64,000 nt of DNA from the human T2T-CHM13v2.0 reference genome, Homo sapiens, in NCBI RefSeq assembly GCF_009914755.1, contig NC_060945.1; one strand, written 5' to 3'. The translations under genes were made by a program, and so were the position numbers. Below are positions 52,540-64,000 of this stretch, in pieces (position 1 is the stretch's first letter; each line of letters begins with the position of its first letter). The notes beneath the pieces were generated by a model. It saw nothing but the letters and a program-made list of their open reading frames with translations. It searched no databases and was not told the DNA's origin.

Positions 52540-54060
52540 ATAAATAATTTCCATGAATTAGAATATTACAAAAATAGTAACTTTCCCTAAATTGAACTTT
52601 TGATTCAATGAAGTCTAAATGAGAATCACTACAAGTTTGTATTTTTGTGTGTGGAAATTGAGTAGCTGATATTTAAAAATGTAGGCAGAAATGCAGAGGA
52701 TCAATAAGAGCCTTGTTTATCTCCAAGAACAAAGTCGGAGGATTTAAATGACCAGATTTGAAGCTGTGATATCAGTACAAAGGTACTGGGTAAGTTAGTA
52801 TAACTGCTTTTGGGAAAATAGATCAATGGCAAGAAAGAAAAAAAAGATAAGAGAAAAAAAGAGAAACAAAAACATCCAGTGGGAAAAGAATGATTTTTAA
52901 ATATTCATAAGGACAGCCACATTGAAAAAAAATGAATTTCAACCCTAGCTCACTCCATACACAAAAATTAAATGTAGATGGGTTGTAGATCTACATGTGA
53001 AAGGTTAAATTAAAAAGCTTCTAGAGGATACACAAGATAATGTTCATTGCCTTCATGAGCTAGGCAAAGGTCCTTAACTAGGACACAAGAAGCATTAGTC
53101 ATTAAGAAAATTTGATGAATTGAATCACATTAAAATGAAGAATTTCTGTTTATCACACTGACACCATTAAGTGGGTGAAAGTGCATGTCACAGAGTGAGA
53201 GTGACAAGGGACTCATGACAAATCACTAAGAAAAAGACAGACATCCAAATAGGAAAATGGGCAAAAACGTTAAACAGGCAGTCAGAAAAAGAAGCTATTT
53301 AATTGGCCGATAAGCAGGTGCAAAGATGCTCAACATCAACTGAGTAAGGCAAATGCAAATTAAAATTAATAGTGGAACTGCATCACTCATCTGCCAGAAT
53401 GACTAAGACAAACAAAACTTACAGCACTAGTCAGTGTTACTGAGGAATGCTCACTTTCCTACAGTGTGGTGGGAGTGTAAATTAGTACTATCATTTTTGA
53501 CAAAATGAGTGGGAGTATTTACTGAAGTTACACATACACATAAACTTTGACTAGAAATTGCACTCTCAGTTTATACATTACTGAATCGCAGATATGTGCA
53601 GTAAATGTCATGTGTAAAATATTCATAGCAGTACTATTCTGAACAGCCCCAAATCTCCATGAAAAATAGAATGAATTGTGTATTTATACAATGGGATGCC
53701 ACATAGCAATGAAAATGGATAAATGAATTCTTACTACACACAAAGTGAATGAATATCACAAATCAAGTATTGAGAGAAAAAGGCAGTTGCAATAAAAAGC
53801 ACGGACTCTGTGATTCCATTCATATGAAGTTCAACTGGAGGCAAAGTTAATCTGTAGTGAAAATAGTCAGGTTGGCTGTTATCTTTGGGGAGTAGAGGGA
53901 GGTAGATGGGGGGGACACAAGGGGAGTTTTGGGGTGCTGATAATATTTCATTTCCTTATTTGTAGGGTGGTTATGTAAGTCTGTTCATTTTCTGAAAATG
54001 AACCAATCCTGAGAGTTAGAATCAGAAGTGTTAAACTTCAGTAAAAATGCTCACTTAAAA
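52540..54060 (+). mobile_element. Ancient L1M (L1MC/ME-like) ORF2 3' part and 3'UTR
   Basis: CTCACTCCATACACAAAAATTAA, AAAATGGGCAAAA, AAAGATGCTCAACATCA and TGATTCCATTCATATGAAGTTCAA. Confidence 0.8.
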
Positions 54061-55544
54061 ACACTAAAAATTCTATAGGACAAATTTGTCTAACAATTGA
54101 AAAGCATTATTCTTGTCAAATAATTTTTACCATGCTGGATCTTGAGTGAGAATTCAATTTTAGTGTGGTAACATCTTTTTGCAAGATAAAGAGCATAAGA
54201 TGCTGACTGAGCTGTCTTCTATGATGTAACTAATAACATGTCAGAAAAACATGCCTAATAAAACAATACTTATGATTATTTTGCATTTACATTTTGATTT
54301 AGCTCTTTGTTACATATAAATACAGAAACTAGATAAGATAAATTTCTGGGCTTTAAAGGGAAGTTGGAACAAGGGGATCAATTTGTTAAAATTGTTTTCA
54401 TTATGTTTCTGTATTTTATTATATAATAAAATAATAATAAGGAAATTAATTCTTCATAATTTTATAACATATCAGTGCTGAAAGCACGCAGTCTCATTTT
54501 AATTTTTCTCCTTTTTATTCAGAAACATTGATGCTATTCACTGTTGTTTCATCCCCACAATAACCGTGTAAAGTGGAATTGGAATGAATGACTCCTTTTG
54601 AAAGGTGAAAAAACTGTGATGCAGGGGACATTAACCTACTATTCCAAAATTACACTTCTAGTGCAGTGCAGACCAAGGGCCAGATGCACATTTTGTAACA
54701 TTGATTAAGGTCTGTTTTTTCTACCAAGTTCACCTTCGCCTCCGCTACCTTGATTTTGGTTAAGAAAACTTAGGATCGTCAATTTCTAGTCAACTCTGGC
54801 AGAGCTAGAACACTGCAAAAAGGAAACTTGTGTGATAGGACAAAGCTGGGTTGAAATGGCTGGAGATCTGTATTCAGGCAGGGTTGGGTCTACAACCAAA
54901 CTATAAGGCAAGAAATAGAAAAAGGATAGTCACCCCACCAAAGTTTTATTGACTTTTTAAAACACAGAAAATGAGAAATAGGTAGAACAAGATACTGACA
55001 ATGTAGTCTCAAGATGGCACATCGATTTCTTAAAAGGTTCCATTGTTTCATAAAACCAAAACTTAAAATCTCCTACTATGTCTCTACTTCTCTCCTAAAA
55101 TCCAGTTTTTCTGAGTTATTCCTAGCAGTGCTGCCTTGTGAAAATCTTGGTTTTATGAGGAGCACAAGAAGGAGAAAGATTCTATGAAGGAAACCTCAAC
55201 TCTGAACAGAAACTCAAGCTGGCTATCAAAGATCTCTCAGATGCTCAACTGCATGACCCCGTGACTATTCTCAAAAAGCCTTGACTTACTGTCTTTGCAC
55301 AGATCCAAACTCCTAATTCCCCATCTGTCCATTTCAGAGCTCCCTGCCTACCCTTTAAAACGGATGGAAAATCACGTGATTGTAAATCACACTCTCATTT
55401 GCATTCAATGACTTGGTGACCACAAGATAAACTGGTTGGGATGTTTTGGGTTCATTCTTGGGATACTTTGGGTTCATTCTGCATGGGTGCAAAAAATACT
55501 TCAACCAGTTAGGACTCCCTTCCCCTCTCTCCTGACCCAATTGG

Positions 55545-55577
<33 letters not shown>

Positions 55578-56834
55578 CTGATTTTTAGTTCTTATTGTCA
55601 CCCATTTGCTCCAGAGACTGGAACTAATCTATTATCCTGTCTCTAATACCTGTTATTTTCCCACTAGTTTCCATCTCAGGGATTGGCATTTTTGTCCAGA
55701 ACCCAGGATCTTTCCCTCCTACATATTCTTTCTAACTTCTGTCCTCTTTCCACCTTTTTGAAGAGCCTCAGGGGTGGGGACTGCATGCACAATCATGTAA
55801 GCTCTTGCTAGGTTCTGACCTCATAAGTGGACCCAGAGATGACTCCCATTGAAATCCTCTGCCAGAATCCTGATATAATTTTGTTATCTTCCATAAAGTT
55901 TGGGGGTAGATGGTTTTACCTTTGGTGCAACAGATGGTTTGTGTCGTGAAGGACCCAGGCTGTTTCTATTCTTTTTTCTCTGTGATCTTCGACCAGTTGG
56001 CTTTTTCTCTTCATACTTGTCACCTCACAGTCATAAGATGCCTGATGTAGCTCCAGATGACGGACTCTTATTCCAGCTATCCAAGCAGGAAGGAAGAAAC
56101 TGACACAAAAGGCATTTTCCTAAGCTGGCTTTTGATTCAAAAAGTGAAGCCCTTTTTGTTTCATTGTGGAGAACTAAGACATGTTCTCATCTCTTGTTAA
56201 TCACTGGTGAAGGAGATTAGGATTTCCATGGCTGGTTCTGGCCAAGCAGGATCTATCCTGACTTCAGGATGGGCCTAGTTCCTGGGGATGAAAGGACTTC
56301 TCTTTAACATTTGGAATACAAAATTGGGAGGGAACTGCTATGAGGTAAACATGGAACCATTAAACCAATCTAAAGTTGGGCTTTGCACTCAGGAACTCTG
56401 CTCCTAGAAGGTAGGTTCAACTCTCCATATGCTTATTTGCCCTTGGCTACTTCCCACTGTTAAGTACAAAATAAACACTGAATGCATGCATGCATCATGC
56501 ATGAACGAGTGGACACGAGTGAGTCAACGCATGGATGTATGAGTGATTGCATGAATGCTTTTCTCCCTTGCTTTTGTCAGACTTACCAGAACCTTCCTGT
56601 TTATTCCCCTCTGTGGAGGGGCTACTTTGAGTTTTATTGTCACATCTGCTCATGTATTTTATCATTCTGCCTTCTTTATTTATAATTGTAAACTCTTGCA
56701 CTTCCAGAAAGCCTGTCTCTCTCGTGTCCCTTTTTCTGAGGCAGGCTACTCCTCTTCAAGTCCCTTCCCTTTCTTCACTGCTCCTCCCCCTCAGCAGTGT
56801 TCTCCTAGCTGGTCTGCCTGCCACTAGTTTAACG

Positions 56835-57790
56835 CTTATTTTTAAAAGTCATGTTTATTAAAGTGTAACTTAAGTATGTTAAAATACACTTATTTAAGTG
56901 TAGAGTTGGATGAGCTTTGACAAACAGCTGTGAAATTATCACTGCAAACTTGATACAGATCATCTTCACCACCACCAAAGTCTCCCTTTGCTCCCTCCAG
57001 CTTCTTGGTAGTCAATCCTCTCCTACTGCCACTGGCACTTGAGGACCACTAATCTGATATCTGTTCCCATATCTTTGCCTTTTCCATAATGTCCATAACA
57101 TAGTAAGGAGCCTTTCAAATCTACCTTCTTTCACCTAGCATAATGCAGTGAGACTCATCGATGTTGTAACATGTATCAGTAATTGTTTCTTTTTAATTAT
57201 TGAGTATTCCATTGTATGGATATACCACAACTTGTTTATTGATTTACCAGCTGATGGACATCTGTATCATTTCTAGTTTTTGACTATTATACATAATGGT
57301 GCTATAAACATTTACCAACAAGTCTTTGTGTTGACATATTTTTATTTCTCTTGGGTACCCATCTAAGAGTGGAATAGCTGGGTCATGTGGTAAGTCTACG
57401 TTTGTCTTTTTAGGAAAAGGCCAAGCTGTTTGCAAACTGGATATTCCATTTTCTATTTCCATCAGAAAATTTGGGGGTTCCAGTTTTTCTACATTCTTTT
57501 CAACACTTGTATTTGTCTGTCTTTTTTATTTCAGCTGTCTTACTGGATATGATGTAGTATTTCACTGTAGTTTTATTTTGTGTTTTCCTAATGATCCTGA
57601 TCATCTTTTTATGTTCCTGCACATCCTCTTTGGTGAAACGTCTGTTCAAATCTCTTGCCTATTTTTAAATTGGGCTATTTGTCTTCTAATTATGAGCTGT
57701 AAGAATTACTTATACATTCTGAACACAATTCTTGTATCAAAGATGTGATTTAAAAATATGTTCTTTCAATCTGTGGCATGTCCTTCTATA
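56835..57790 (-). mobile_element. L1MB/MC 3' region (resumes at about 58731-58785)
   Basis: TATTCCATTGTATGGATATACCACAA and AAGAGTGGAATAGCTGGGTCAT. Confidence 0.85.
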
Positions 57791-57792
57791 TT

Positions 57793-57795
<3 letters not shown>

Positions 57796-57832
<37 letters not shown>

Positions 57833-58730
57833 CAGAGATAGGGTCTTGCTCTGTTTTCCAGGCTGGAGTGCAGTGGTACGATCAGAGCTCACTGTAGCCT
57901 CAACCTCCTGGGTTAACATGATCCTCCTGCCTCAGCTTCCTGAGTACGTAGGACTATAAGCAGGCACTACCATACCCAGTGAAAATTTTTTAATTTGAAA
58001 AGAATTTATTTGAAATAAAGTATAACAAAGATTTATTTGTACATTTCACCAAGAGTTGGTTGCATTTTCAACTCCTTTTCCCTAAAACTAGATGACTTTA
58101 ATGTAGGTAGTTTCTTTTTAATTTAATTTAATTTAACTTAATTTAATTTAATAAAGTTCCAGGATACCTGTGCAGGACAGGTAGGTTTGTTACATAGGTA
58201 AACATGTGCCATGGTAGTTTGCTGCACCTATCAACCCATCACCTAAGTATTAAGCCCCACATGCATTAGCTATTTATCCTGATGTTCTTCCTCCCTCTGC
58301 CCCCACAACAGGCCCCACTGTGTGCTGTTCCCCTCCCCGTGTCCATGTGTTCTCATTGTTCAGTTCGCACTTATAAGTGAGAACATGCAGTGTTTAGTTT
58401 CTGTTCTTGTGTTAGTTTGTTGAGGATAATGGCTTCCAGCTCCATCCGTGTCCCTGCTCCATCCGGGGACATCCATGTCCCTACAGGATAAATAGCTAAT
58501 GCATTGTTCCTTTTTATGGCTGCATAGTATTCCATGGTGTATATGTACCACATTTTCTTTATGCAGTCTATCATCGATGGGCATTTGATACTTGATTAAT
58601 TTTTCAACTTCTTGTAGAGATGAGATCTCACTATGTTAATCAGGCTGGTCTTGAACTCCTGGCCTCAAGTGATCCTCCTGCGTTGTCTCCCAAAGCTCTG
58701 AGATTACAGGCATGAACCATTGTTCAGGCC
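57796..58730 (-). mobile_element. AluJ split at its central A-rich linker (57796-57985 and 58597-58730)
   Basis: Right and left monomers are separated by about 610 bp; CCTTCTAT on both flanks (57782, 58731) is a TSD remnant. Confidence 0.88.
58115..58590 (-). mobile_element. L1PA (L1PA8-like) 5'-truncated 3' end nested in the AluJ
   Basis: GGTTTGTTACATAGGTAAACATGTGCCATGG, CTATCAACCCATCACCTA and CACTTATAAGTGAGAACATG; (TTTAA)n tail. Confidence 0.93.
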
Positions 58731-59711
58731 CCTTCTATTTCCTTGTGTTGCCTTTTGAAAAAGAAAAGTTTAAAGTTTTGATGGGAAGAGAAGGTACTGG
58801 CTGGGTATTTCTTCCTCTCTCTCCACTTGAGTGGCAGCTCTAGCCAGGGCTGCTTCTACCCCGTGGTTCCAATCCATGGGCTCTATAAACTAGATTGTTT
58901 CCCTTTTCTCCTCCAATCTCAGGCTGGAGTGACTCCTTTATGCTCATCTCTGGGCAGTCTGGTCTTTCCCTTGAATGTCCACTTCTTTCAGCAATTCTGC
59001 AGTTCTGAGTGACATAATACTGCTGCCAGATATAACATCTTAAAACCCCTGTTAGCGTCTCTCTTTTGCAATATTCATCATGTCTAATTTTTTTATAAGC
59101 CCCTAAAGGCCCTTAGTAATCTAACTCTAGATAAACCACTATATTGTTCTTTTGCACACCTTCTCCTACCATGAAATACTCTTACCTTTAGTGTAATGCA
59201 TAACCCACATAAACTTGCTCTCCTCTTCTAGACTGTGGTTTAGTTCCACGATGGCAGGAGTCATCTGCAACTCCTGTTTTTCTATCTCCAGATAGCAGTT
59301 CCATACATCTATGATTTGCATCATACAACAGGAGCCTACTGCTCACCAGAAGGGAATGTTTAGTGATAACAGTGTAAGAAATGTCAAGGTATGTCCAAGT
59401 GAAGAAAAGGCCATTTGTAGACTCAATCTTGTTGGCCAGTGGCTTATCCACCAGGAGGAGTTTAAGACAGTCCTTCTATTGTCAGAGCACAGGTTGCTGC
59501 TGTGGGCAGAAATATCTGCAGGGAGTGTATGCTCAGAGCAAAGTGTGGCATGTGACGTCAACACCATGTGAAGCTTCTTTGCTATTCTTGCTTCATCTAC
59601 CTTCTTCCCCCACCCTCTGCCCACCTGACCCCTACACATATTCACACATAAACACACACATGCACGCATACACACAGTTTTTCTCTTCTCTACCTAGAAA
59701 TTGCTATTTAC

Positions 59712-60472
59712 TTGCTAGGGTCTGAATGCTTGTGTACCTGCAAAATTCATGTGTTGAAATCCTAAGTCTCAAGGTGATGGTATTAGGAGGCAGGGCCTTT
59801 GGGAAGACACTCGGTGTATTAGGCTGTTCTTGTGTTGGTATAAAAAATACCTGAGGCTGGGTAATTCATAAAGAAAAGAGGTTTAATTGGCTTATGGTTT
59901 TGCAGGCTGTACAGAAGCATGGTGCTGGCATCGGCTCAGCTTCTGGTGAGGCCTCAAAGAGCTTTTATTCATGGTGGAAGATGAAGCGGGAGCAGCATGT
60001 CACCTCATGAGAGCAGGAGCAAAAGAGAGAGGAGGGAGATGCCACACACTTTTGAACAACCAGATATTGTGTGAACTCTGTCATCACCAAAGGGATGGGC
60101 TAAGCCATTTATAAGGATCCACTCCCATGATGCAAACACCTCCTACCAGGCCCCACTTCCAACATCAGGGATCACATTTCAACATGAGATTTGGAGGAAA
60201 CAAATATCCAAACTATATCACCAAGACATGAAGGAAGAGCTCTGAAGTTAGTGCTCTTAAAAGAGATCCCAGAGAGAGCCTTGCTTCTTCGACCATGTGA
60301 AGACACAGCAAGAAGGCACCATTTATGAACCAGGACATAAACCCTCACCAGACAAACATCCTGGTGCCTTGATCTTGGACTTTCCAGGCTCCAGAACCAT
60401 GATAAATAAATTTCTGGGGTTTAAAATTTACCCAGTTTGTGGTCTTTTGCTATAGCATCCTGGACTAAGATG
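59712..60472 (+). mobile_element. MLT1A-type LTR interrupted by an MST
   Basis: AAATTCATGTGTTGAAATCCTAA on the left; CCATGTGAAGACACAGCAAGAAGGCACC...GGACTAAGA on the right. Confidence 0.82.
59815..60220 (-). mobile_element. MST-type MaLR LTR
   Basis: TGTATTAGGCTGTTCTTG...AACATGAGATTTGGAGG...CCAAACTATATCA. Confidence 0.9.
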
Positions 60473-60479
60473 TTACTCC

Positions 60480-60735
60480 TGAAAATTCAGACTACTATGT
60501 TATTCCCTCTGAGAAGGTTCCGCTAAGCATAATTAATAGTTCCTTCTGGGTTCCTATGAGAATGTGGGCATATTCCTTACAGGCACTTAGCACACTGAAT
60601 GTAATTAGCTGTGTGTCTGTCTCCCTCACTAGACAGACAGTTTGGTTTTTTAGGGGTGAGACCACCACGTCGCATACCTTTTCATCTTCAGAGCTGGCAC
60701 AGAAGGATCTTAGCACATATTTGCTGAGTGAATGC
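60480..60735 (+). mobile_element. L2 3' end
   Basis: CTCCCTCACTAGAC...CTGGCACAGAAGG...ATATTTGCTGAGTGAATG. Confidence 0.75.
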
Positions 60736-61069
60736 AATCCCTTTCAGTCTGATGTATTTTCATGCAGAGATGTGGTGGAAAAAAATGTGTAAAACCTGAA
60801 CTTGGTTCTGTACTGATTATTATCTAATTTCTGTAGAAATGTGAGGTGAACCAGGTCATAACAGCCCATTTCAATGTATCTTTTGGACAAGGGAAACAAT
60901 TTCCCAACCATTTGCAGCTTGTTCTATTGTTTCCATTAGTCATACAAACCTTCCCTCACCCTTCAACATAAGCATGTCAAGATAGCTGCCCTCCAAATTT
61001 TATTTTGAGCAAATGTCTTATTTTTAGAGCTTTATGCAATCATATAAAATCCTTTAATTTAGAAATTCT

Positions 61070-61133
61070 GGCTACACTGGGCACACTGCCTAGTAGCCAT
61101 GCTCTGCAAGGAGCAGTAAAAAAATAAAAATAA
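61070..61133 (+). mobile_element. Short (48 nt) structured-RNA retrocopy with A-tail and TSD
   Basis: GGCTACACTGGGCACACTGCCTAGTAGCCATGCTCTGCAAGGAGCAGT + A7TA5TAA, flanked by AGAAATTCT(G) at 61061-61070 and 61134-61143. Confidence 0.8.
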
Positions 61134-62379
61134 AGAAATTCTGCATTCTAGAAAACTCCTCCCCATAGCTAAAATAAATATAAATTTGAATAACATTTTC
61201 AGACTTATCTTTCTACAGTCCTACTTCACTGCTTCCTTGAGTTCTCTGTTACCCATTGCAATGCCTACCAAAGTTTCTTGATGTTCAACTAAATCTTCAT
61301 GCTCATAAATTATCACTTGATATTCAACTCTTAGAGGATACAGAACAGGAGACACAGTTTGCTAGCCTAGTGGCATTCAGCATTCCTGTTAGTTGAAGTT
61401 CTTGCAACAGTCGTCTACACAGCAGGGAGATGAATCCACATTGGCTCCCATGAAATTTACCCTGGCTTCCAAGCTCTATACCAGCATATCTTGCAAGATC
61501 TCCAGAGGTATAACTCCTTCTACGATCCACTTAAGGATTATAAGAGTCACCACACTCTTATAATTCTTCTTTAGGGAAATCTCAAAACAGGGTACCCTAA
61601 TTGGGTTCATTTGTAGTCTTCACCAGTGCAGATGTGAGCTACCCATCAGGGTTATTTTTATGTTAATGAATGTCACCCAGGAGTACAGCTAACATCATAT
61701 CAGGTACCAGGAGAACACAGCTAATCAAAGGATGAATTCTGACATAGAAGGTGAGAAGGTTTAGCTGGTTAACCCTTTGCCCACATCCATATCAGGTAAA
61801 AAACAAATTTAGCACAGCATTCAAGAGCATCCACAGCCACAGGTCCAGGAGGCTTTCTGGGTTTATTCACCCTCCCCCCTCATCTTAAGCATCAGTTACA
61901 TCTAATGTCTCAACCCTATCTGGAAACACATTGCTCATATGTCTTACCTCAAAGGCTTTCCTACTTATAAAGTTTCCTCCTCTGCCATTTTCACTCTCTC
62001 TCTTTTTCAACTCATATTTCCTTGTGAAGCTCCTAACCATATGTGACCCACTTCTGCTAAATGTTCTCTGAAATGACTCCCTAGACACAGTTAGTCATTC
62101 TCATACATCTGCCCCCAATGACCTTTATTTACACCATTATTTAAAATGAAAAAAAGACAGGAGGAAAGAAACTAGATGTTATCACCTTGAATTTTAGTGA
62201 TTTTTTTCTTTATCTTTGAATCCCATACGTAGCAGAGTGTGAGCATGTGGTCAGTACCCTACAAATATTGTTGAGAATGTCTTGGAATCATATGGATCCC
62301 AATAATCTCCTAGAAAATCTATGAACCATTTTAAAGGTAAAACAGCCCTGGTTCACAATGTTTCATAAATGTTTACAAT

Positions 62380-62600
62380 AATAGCGAGTACTTCTGGAGT
62401 GCTTAATTTCTGGCCACAGTTTATATTTTCTTGGTTAATCCTTGGCATACCCCTATGAGATATGCACCGTTACAGGCTCCATTCAACTGATAAGGACACT
62501 TAGGTTCAGAGATGTTGAGTGATTTGTCCATGATCACACAGCTGTCAGAAGTGGAGCTGGGACTCCAACCCAGGGAGGACGTCTACAGAGCCTAGTTCAC
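62380..62600 (-). mobile_element. MIR SINE
   Basis: ACTGATAAGGACACTTAGGTTCAGAGATGTTGAGTGATTTGTCCATGATCACACAGC...GGGACTCCAACCCAGG. Confidence 0.8.
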
Positions 62601-64000
62601 ACATCTCTGTTCTTCCATCCTTAAACCTTGTAGAATGCAGTGGAGGAGCAAGGCAAGCTGCGGGCCATGGGGATTCTTTATTCTGATTATCTGAAAAGAC
62701 CAAAGAGTTTAGACTGCTCACTGGGCTTCCCTTCTCCCCACTGTCCATGGAGAACAATGTCAAGGTCAGCTTTAAATTTCACCACGTATGGTCTCATTGG
62801 AACAACTGATGAGTAGAATAGTCCATTTATTGTCTTATTTGAGAACTCTGTAGAGATTAGTTTTATAACATTAGTAAAATACACCTCAACATTTTGACTT
62901 TTTGCCTCAAAGATCATTTTAACAATTTGAGTCACTGTGATGGGAGTTTAATATTTTTAAGCAGCATATTGACAAGTGTTTCATACACAAAGAAGCCAAG
63001 ACAGAATTGAAGCTTACAGTGTCAGGGAGATAGTTTGCCTACTGTTAATATTTGTGTCACTGGGTTTGTAACTTTACATATGATCACAAACGTTATGTTA
63101 CATATTAACATAAACATCCTCAATATTCAAATCTATCTGTGTTTCATTTGCATGGTGTAAGAGTGATAGCATCTGTCACTTAAAGAGGTTGCCTAACAGT
63201 CTTTAATCCAAAATAGAAATGTGTGAGATTTTATCCTTTTCTTTGATGCTTTGTAATTATACAAGTTATATTTTATCCAAGTTTATATCCATCAATTTTT
63301 ATCTAAGTTTATATCCATCAGGTACATCAAAATAAAAATATTTTAATTACCTCTTGAAATAATTTGTCCAAGTCAATAAGTGGCATGAATTACATCACTG
63401 AGGCCATAACAAGGATACACAAACATGGCAGAATCACACAGATTGTTTGTCTACACAAACAAGATGGTAGAATCCATCCTGTTACTGAGACTTTTCCAGA
63501 AAAGCCTATTATTTCTGCAAGCAGATGTGGTTTAATCTTATTTGAATGGTATTTTTGATATAACGTGCCTGGGAATTAGGTAATGAAATTGGCTGTGTGC
63601 ATTCATGTGTTCATTTGTTCAGGCATGTATAGAGCCTTCTGTAGTGAGCTTTATTCTGCAGGATAGACTATAATGGTACTTTCTTCATTGCTACAGTCTT
63701 GGCTTGCAATGCTTTTTTCTTGCTGACCTAAAACCCATCTCTAGACCTAAGGAAATTTATTTTCTAACACCTTGAGATAGTAATATGCTGTGTGTGGAGG
63801 AGATAAGATCATCACTTAAATAAAAGCTAACACTGAGACTTTCTCCTCCCTGGCCATCTGCACATTGGACAATACCTGACTCCAACCTAAAATAATCAAC
63901 TCCAGAGTTATACTTAATGCCTCTGGCAGGCCTGCCTATTGCCAGAGAGTTTTGGGCCTAGGAATAAAGGCAACAAGGATTGGCCATTTCTGGAGGTAGG

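Noticed and set aside
55547-55577. Orphan T31 tract as a retrocopy tail
   Set aside because: No TSD or recognisable body adjacent; treated as a simple homopolymer.

Overview
Human genomic DNA from chr21q22, the RUNX1 locus, recognised from the sequence itself. The RUNX1 distal (P1) promoter is on the - strand. It comprises non-coding exon 1 (13937-14067), a 209-nt mini-intron, and exon 2 (13611-13727), which encodes the RUNX1c N-terminus [19 protein letters not shown]. Bases 1-13610 are the start of the large P1 intron and include a repeat-poor, motif-dense enhancer-like block at about 10.5-13.5 kb. Bases 14.1-64 kb are upstream sequence dominated by Alu, L1, L2, MIR, MaLR/ERV LTRs and DNA transposons. 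No other protein-coding gene is supported; the ORF track is essentially noise or repeat-derived. The most interesting observations are: (1) a 48-nt double-hairpin RNA retrocopy with an A-tail and a TSD at 61070-61133; (2) a splicing-switched uORF in the RUNX1 P1 5'UTR; (3) an L1PA 3' transduction nested in an Alu inside an older L1; (4) a cryptic 12-RSS overlapping a RUNX motif 1 kb upstream of P1; (5) several templated-insertion (fold-back) scars. Repeat subfamily names come from recalled consensus sequences, and boundaries are approximate unless a TSD is given.
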